From contig CAZGJX010000038.1 of assembly GCA_964525635.1 (NCBI GenBank), forward strand, positions 1 to 23,109: a DNA stretch of 23,109 nt, written 5' to 3'. Below are positions 18,884-23,109 of this stretch, piece by piece. This DNA is from an uncultured archaeon (GTDB taxonomy: Archaea; Asgardarchaeota; Lokiarchaeia; Sigyniarchaeales; SOKP01). The first letter of the stretch is position 1. The number at the start of each line of letters is the position of its first letter. Below the pieces are notes generated by a model, which did not search any database, was not told the origin of the DNA, and was given only the letters and a program-made list of their open reading frames with translations. A program made the translations under genes and the position numbers.

Positions 18884-19936
18884 ATGAGTCCACAATTGAG
18901 TGCTGGAGAAAAAATATTCAATGATAGAAAACAATATTTAATTGAAGTATTGATAATATTTTTTGGAATATTTCTGTTTAATCTCACTACTTTTTACCTA
19001 TTGGAAATATTTATTAATTCTCAATCTGATTATTATGGTCCGCTATTATTCTTAACTAGAGCGTTAAGTATTTTCATTGCAATTCCTTTATTTTTATTTA
19101 TTTCCTCTCAGATACTACCATGGTTAAAGGAAAAGGTACTTCTTAAACGAGAAGAAATAAATCCAGCAATAAGTTATTTAAAATTATACGGTATTAATAA
19201 AAATAATTGTAAATATCAATTATTATATGGTATCTTACTTTTATTTCTTGTTTTTATTCCACTTGATTTTATTTTTTACTTTTTGATTCCTGAAACAATT
19301 TCCTATAGTCATAACGTATTAACTTTAGGAGATCCAGGAGCTAATAATTATTTATTAAATCCAAATTATTCGATTTTTTTAATATCCACAATCATCATTC
19401 ATTTATCTGTAGCTTTTTATGAAGAATCGCTTGCGAGAGGATTATTAGCATATAGAGGAAATAATTATTTCCAAAGAATGTCAGCTGTCATGATTTCATC
19501 TTTATATTTTGGTTTAGGACATTTTAGTTATATGTTTAAAATTCAATCATGGATTCCTATTTTATGGTTTTTCCAAACATTTATTGTTGGAATAGTATTA
19601 AGTTTGTTTTTTTTAAGAAAAAAATGGTTCTTTCCTGTGATATTCGCTCATGCTTTTAATAATATAATATCTTCTCATACAATTTGGAATTATCCAAAAG
19701 ATTTTTCATTTATCGCATTAACTCTCTATACACCGTTATTGATTATAAGCCTTATAATATTCATTTTCCAATTCTCAAGGATAAAAGCAGGTATTAATAC
19801 AGGGATAAACGATATCCGTAAGTATTTCAAAAATGATAAGAAAATAGGAGAAGAAAATTCTGATAAATATACAAGAATTGCACTTGATATATTACTTGTG
19901 GCAATATTATTTGTAGTTGGATTCGTACTTGTATAA
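18884..19936 (+). CDS. CPBP (Abi/Rce1-like) intramembrane glutamic protease
   Basis: Multi-TM protein with EE...RG (YEESLARG), F...H (FGLGH) and H...N (HAFNN) motifs. Confidence 0.88.
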   Translation: MSPQLSAGEKIFNDRKQYLIEVLIIFFGIFLFNLTTFYLLEIFINSQSDYYGPLLFLTRALSIFIAIPLFLFISSQILPWLKEKVLLKREEINPAISYLKLYGINKNNCKYQLLYGILLLFLVFIPLDFIFYFLIPETISYSHNVLTLGDPGANNYLLNPNYSIFLISTIIIHLSVAFYEESLARGLLAYRGNNYFQRMSAVMISSLYFGLGHFSYMFKIQSWIPILWFFQTFIVGIVLSLFFLRKKWFFPVIFAHAFNNIISSHTIWNYPKDFSFIALTLYTPLLIISLIIFIFQFSRIKAGINTGINDIRKYFKNDKKIGEENSDKYTRIALDILLVAILFVVGFVLV

Positions 19937-20016
19937 TCAGAGTTATTTAAATTTTACAAAATTTAAATTATATTAAGATAAGTAATCTCTTAAACTTTTA
20001 TAAATAAAATAAAGAA

Positions 20017-20370
20017 TTAAACGGGAAGATTATTAATATCAAGCATTTCAGGTATTTTGTTATTCCTCGTTAACCATGATATCTCACTTTTAGTATATCT
20101 CCAAGAAATTTCTGCTTTTTCAAGTTGATCCTTACTTTGTGTTTCCCATTCCCATGGATTAACAATTACAAGATCACCTTTTCTGATCCAGACTCTTTTT
20201 TTGATTTTACCACGGATACGACCAATTCGAGCAATACCATCTGCACAGAATACTCTCATTCGATCATTACCATAAATATCTATAACTCTTGCAAACATCT
20301 CTCCCCTTTTTCTGCTGGGAAATTTTATTCTCCCTATACTTTCGGACTGAGGTTCATTTTTTTTTTTCAT
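20017..20370 (-). CDS. eif1a: Translation initiation factor aIF-1A
   Basis: GE.FA.V....G..R..V.CADG..R..RI.GK.KKRVWIR.GD.V.V.PW, I.WRY. Confidence 0.95.
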   Translation of the reverse strand: MKKKNEPQSESIGRIKFPSRKRGEMFARVIDIYGNDRMRVFCADGIARIGRIRGKIKKRVWIRKGDLVIVNPWEWETQSKDQLEKAEISWRYTKSEISWLTRNNKIPEMLDINNLPV

Positions 20371-20407
20371 TTATAACACTTTTAGGATTTAATTTTGTTA
20401 AATTATA

Positions 20408-20749
20408 TTATATCATAATTTTATCATCAGGTTTATAGTCTCCCTTAATAAAAATAACTTTAATTTGATTTGATGAATCATTTCTTATATTATGCATTTC
20501 TTTTGGCTCAATTAAAAAAACTGTTCCTTCTCGAGCATTATATTCGTGATCATTTATTATCATTACACCATCTCCTTCTAAAAAATAGAATGTTTCATCA
20601 ATCATATTATGGCCATGTGGGGTGTCTGCCATTTTTTCTCCAGGTTTTAATAGAATTATTCCCCAATCTATACTTGGGCCTCGCATTAAATATTTAACCC
20701 CAGAGTCACCATTTCGATAATTAAAATCATTTTCATTTACTTTTCTAAT
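20408..20749 (-). CDS. Cupin-domain protein; probably extends 21 codons upstream of the called ATG (20686) to an ATT codon
   Basis: Cupin motifs PG......H.H....E.FY.LEG.G and G.V..I.P.E.H.I.N. The upstream in-frame sequence IRKVNENDFNYRNGDSGVKYL is open and looks coding. The start position is uncertain. Confidence 0.8.
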   Translation of the reverse strand: MRKVNENDFNYRNGDSGVKYLMRGPSIDWGIILLKPGEKMADTPHGHNMIDETFYFLEGDGVMIINDHEYNAREGTVFLIEPKEMHNIRNDSSNQIKVIFIKGDYKPDDKIMI

Positions 20750-20883
20750 ATTAAAACACCGATGGTTTTACTACAACGTTAAAAAGATATTATTTTACTT
20801 AATTAATATTTTTTATCATATTTTTAAAATAAAAATTATAATAGAAAAGCATTTATAGATGTAAAATTAAAAGATCATAGAGG

Positions 20884-21411
20884 TTATATGATACCTAATT
20901 TAATTAAAATTGCTTTAGACAGGGTTTCAAACGATTTATGAACATTTTCACCTGTTTTAGATGAAACCTTTACATATTCGATAAAATCATATTTCTCAAT
21001 TAATTCAAATACATAATCTTCATCTACGGAAATATCATCCCCCAAATCTGATTTTGTTCCCAAAAATATGATTGGTGCGGTTTTATTATCAGATCTACAA
21101 ATTTCAGTCCATTGATCGATGCGATCTAATGTTAAGGGTCGAGTTAAATCAAACATAATTAATGCTCCTTTAGCACCAGCTGCATAGGATTCTAATAAAA
21201 ACCTAAATCTCTCCTGTCCCCCAAAATCCCATAATTGAAGCGCTATTTTTTTTCCTTCGATGTTTAACTCCTTAAGAAAAAATTCAACTCCTATTGTCAT
21301 TCGAGTATCAGCCATGAATATTCCATCTACATAGCGACGAAGGAGAGTAGTTTTTCCAACACCCCCCTCACCAGCAGTTAATACTTTTAAAATTATGGGT
21401 TTAATAGACAT
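20884..21411 (-). CDS. Rab/Ras-like small GTPase
   Basis: G1 GEGGVGKT, switch I TIGVEF, G3 WDFGGQERF, G4 TKSD, G5 SSKTG. No C-terminal Cys. Confidence 0.93.
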   Translation of the reverse strand: MSIKPIILKVLTAGEGGVGKTTLLRRYVDGIFMADTRMTIGVEFFLKELNIEGKKIALQLWDFGGQERFRFLLESYAAGAKGALIMFDLTRPLTLDRIDQWTEICRSDNKTAPIIFLGTKSDLGDDISVDEDYVFELIEKYDFIEYVKVSSKTGENVHKSFETLSKAILIKLGII

Positions 21412-21692
21412 TGTTAATATATTTATTATATATAATATAAAATATTTATTACCAATACTTTTCTATAGAAATTTCCAATATTTAGACATTTCTAAATATA
21501 TAAAATATATTTTATATTCATAAAAAATTATTTGTTGAATTTAGATTTAAAAACAAAAATATCGATTGATTATTATTAATTCTTGAAAACATTTTTTCAT
21601 TTTTTATTATTGATGAAAATTCTTTAAAAAAATATAAAAATTAAATACGCTTTAAAAAAATAAGATTAATTTTGATTTTTATTTAAAATAAC

Positions 21693-23109
21693 ATGAGAAA
21701 GAAATCTATTTCAAAGAGATTCAATGATTTGGAGATTTTAAAAGATAATTTCGTTTTATATACAAATCTATTCATTTTCAACTTGATTATGATTATATTT
21801 GCAAGATTAATCATTCTAGAATCTGGTCATATTATTTATCCCTTAGATGATGCCTATATTCATATGGCTATAGCTAAAAATTTCAGTAAATATGGAGTAT
21901 GGGGGATAAATAAAGAATATTTTACATCTTCATCATCTTCTCTACTATATACAGTCATACTTTCCTTTAGTTATTAATTATTTGGAGTAAATGAATACTC
22001 TGCATTATTTTTAAATTTAATTTTTGGAAATATGTTGTTATACTATGTTTATTATATTTTAAAAAAAGAAAAAGTTTCAAGAATTTTTATTTTTTCAACT
22101 CTTTTATCCATTATTTTATTTGTTCCTTTACCAACAATTGCTTTTTTAGGATTAGAACACACTTTACAAAGTCTAATTTTCTTAATTTTTATGTATAATG
22201 CCTATGTTATTATTAAATATAAAAGAGAAAACCAATCAAGATGTAAATTTTCAAAAAAGATAATATTATTAATTAGTCCTTTAGTAGTTTCAGTTCGATT
22301 TGAAGGTTTTTTTATATTGGTTATTATAGTTCTACTTCTATTGTTGAATAGAGAATTTCTCTATTCCTTTCTTGTTACAATTCTTTCAATCCTCCCAATT
22401 GTCATATATGGATTAATATCGACGGTTAATAGATGGTTTTTCTTACCTAATTCAATAATACTAAAAGGAGGTTTATCCTCATTAGATTATATAAAATGGC
22501 TTGATTTTTTTGAAAGCTATTTTTTTTTATATACTCACATTTCGATTCTTCTCATTGCGGCAATATTGATTTTTTTTCTTACAATTATTCTAAATAAAGG
22601 AGTACATATAATCAAAAAAAATACATTGAGTATTAGCTTTATCTTTATTACTTTATGTTATTATGCTTTAATCTTCAATGGGGCTATAGATCACCTTTTT
22701 TGGATGCGTTATTACTCAAATTTAACTTGTATTGGAATTGTTATTATAGTGATGTCAATAAAAGATTTAAATATCTTTTATCAAGTTAAAAGAAGTTTTG
22801 ATCTCTTGAACATTGGAGTATTACGCAGAGAATTTTTAAAATCTTTTACCGGATTTTGTGTAGGTTTTACACTTTTCTTACTAATCATACCACAACTCTA
22901 TCGTGGATATATAGTTCTTTCAAAAACATATCAATCTTCTATAAATATATATCATCAACAGTATCAAATGGGCCTTTTCGTTAAGAAATATTATAATTCA
23001 AAAAATATTGCAATAAATGATATTGGAGCAGTAAATTATATTTCTGATGTGAACTCTTTAGATGTGCTTGGACTGGGTAATATGGACTCAGCAATCTTAT
23101 TATTGACAC
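21693..23109 (+). pseudogene. Multi-pass membrane protein, GT-C glycosyltransferase-like, interrupted by in-frame TAA at 21975-21977; runs off the window end
   Basis: LDDAYIH...A.N...G.WG...SSS.LY after the first TM helix. The same frame stays open from 21978 to 23109 (LFGVNE..., GLEH, RFEG, LPNS...K, QQYQM, NDIGAV.Y, LDVLGL) with many TM segments. Confidence 0.7.

Noticed and set aside
245-20697. Short ORFs in the track: 245-616, 1239-1487, 1675-1941, 2314-2511, 3193-3546, 7876-8190, 9441-9647, 10455-10640, 11249-11521, 12566-12751, 17850-18077, 18249-18455, 20125-20376, 20470-20697
   Set aside because: They are antisense or alternate-frame shadows of well-supported genes and have no recognisable motifs.
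18884-21411. CAAX-type protease near a Rab-like GTPase as a proto-prenylation pathway
   Set aside because: Neither GTPase ends in a CAAX, CC or CxC motif, no prenyltransferase is present, and CPBP proteases are widespread in prokaryotes.
21412-21692. Palindromes, TATA-like boxes and T-tracts in intergenic regions (also 1354-1750, 8255-8562, 14694-14802, 15046-15287)
   Set aside because: These are expected by chance at this AT content; no specific promoter, operator or terminator can be singled out.
21975-21977. Selenocysteine or pyrrolysine recoding
   Set aside because: The codon is TAA, not TGA or TAG.
1-23109. CRISPR array, IS transposase, integrase or rRNA
   Set aside because: No regularly spaced repeats, DDE or tyrosine/serine recombinase ORFs, or long GC-rich structural RNA were seen.

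Overview
AT-rich chromosomal segment from an Asgard archaeon, most likely Lokiarchaeia. The assignment rests on a eukaryote-like actin, two Rab/Ras-like small GTPases, and archaeal PAN, Rpo6, Hef and aIF-1A genes. The rest is mostly housekeeping: UDP-glucuronate decarboxylase, TldD/PmbA, purB-purM-PfkB kinase, a CPBP protease, a cupin and a GNAT. Four things are not visible in the ORF track. (1) A ~1.6 kb element carrying a free-standing LAGLIDADG endonuclease sits at the 3' end of tldD. It is flanked by two copies of the last 13 tldD codons plus stop; these share a 14-bp exact core and otherwise differ mostly at synonymous sites. This looks like a homing element that replaces the gene's 3' end. 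(2) A tRNA-Val(CAC) is interrupted by three BHB-type introns at non-canonical positions (28/29, 44/45, 59/60). (3) A cupin gene apparently starts at ATT. (4) A long membrane glycosyltransferase-like gene at the right edge is broken by one in-frame TAA. All protein family calls come from motif recognition by eye; no database search was run.
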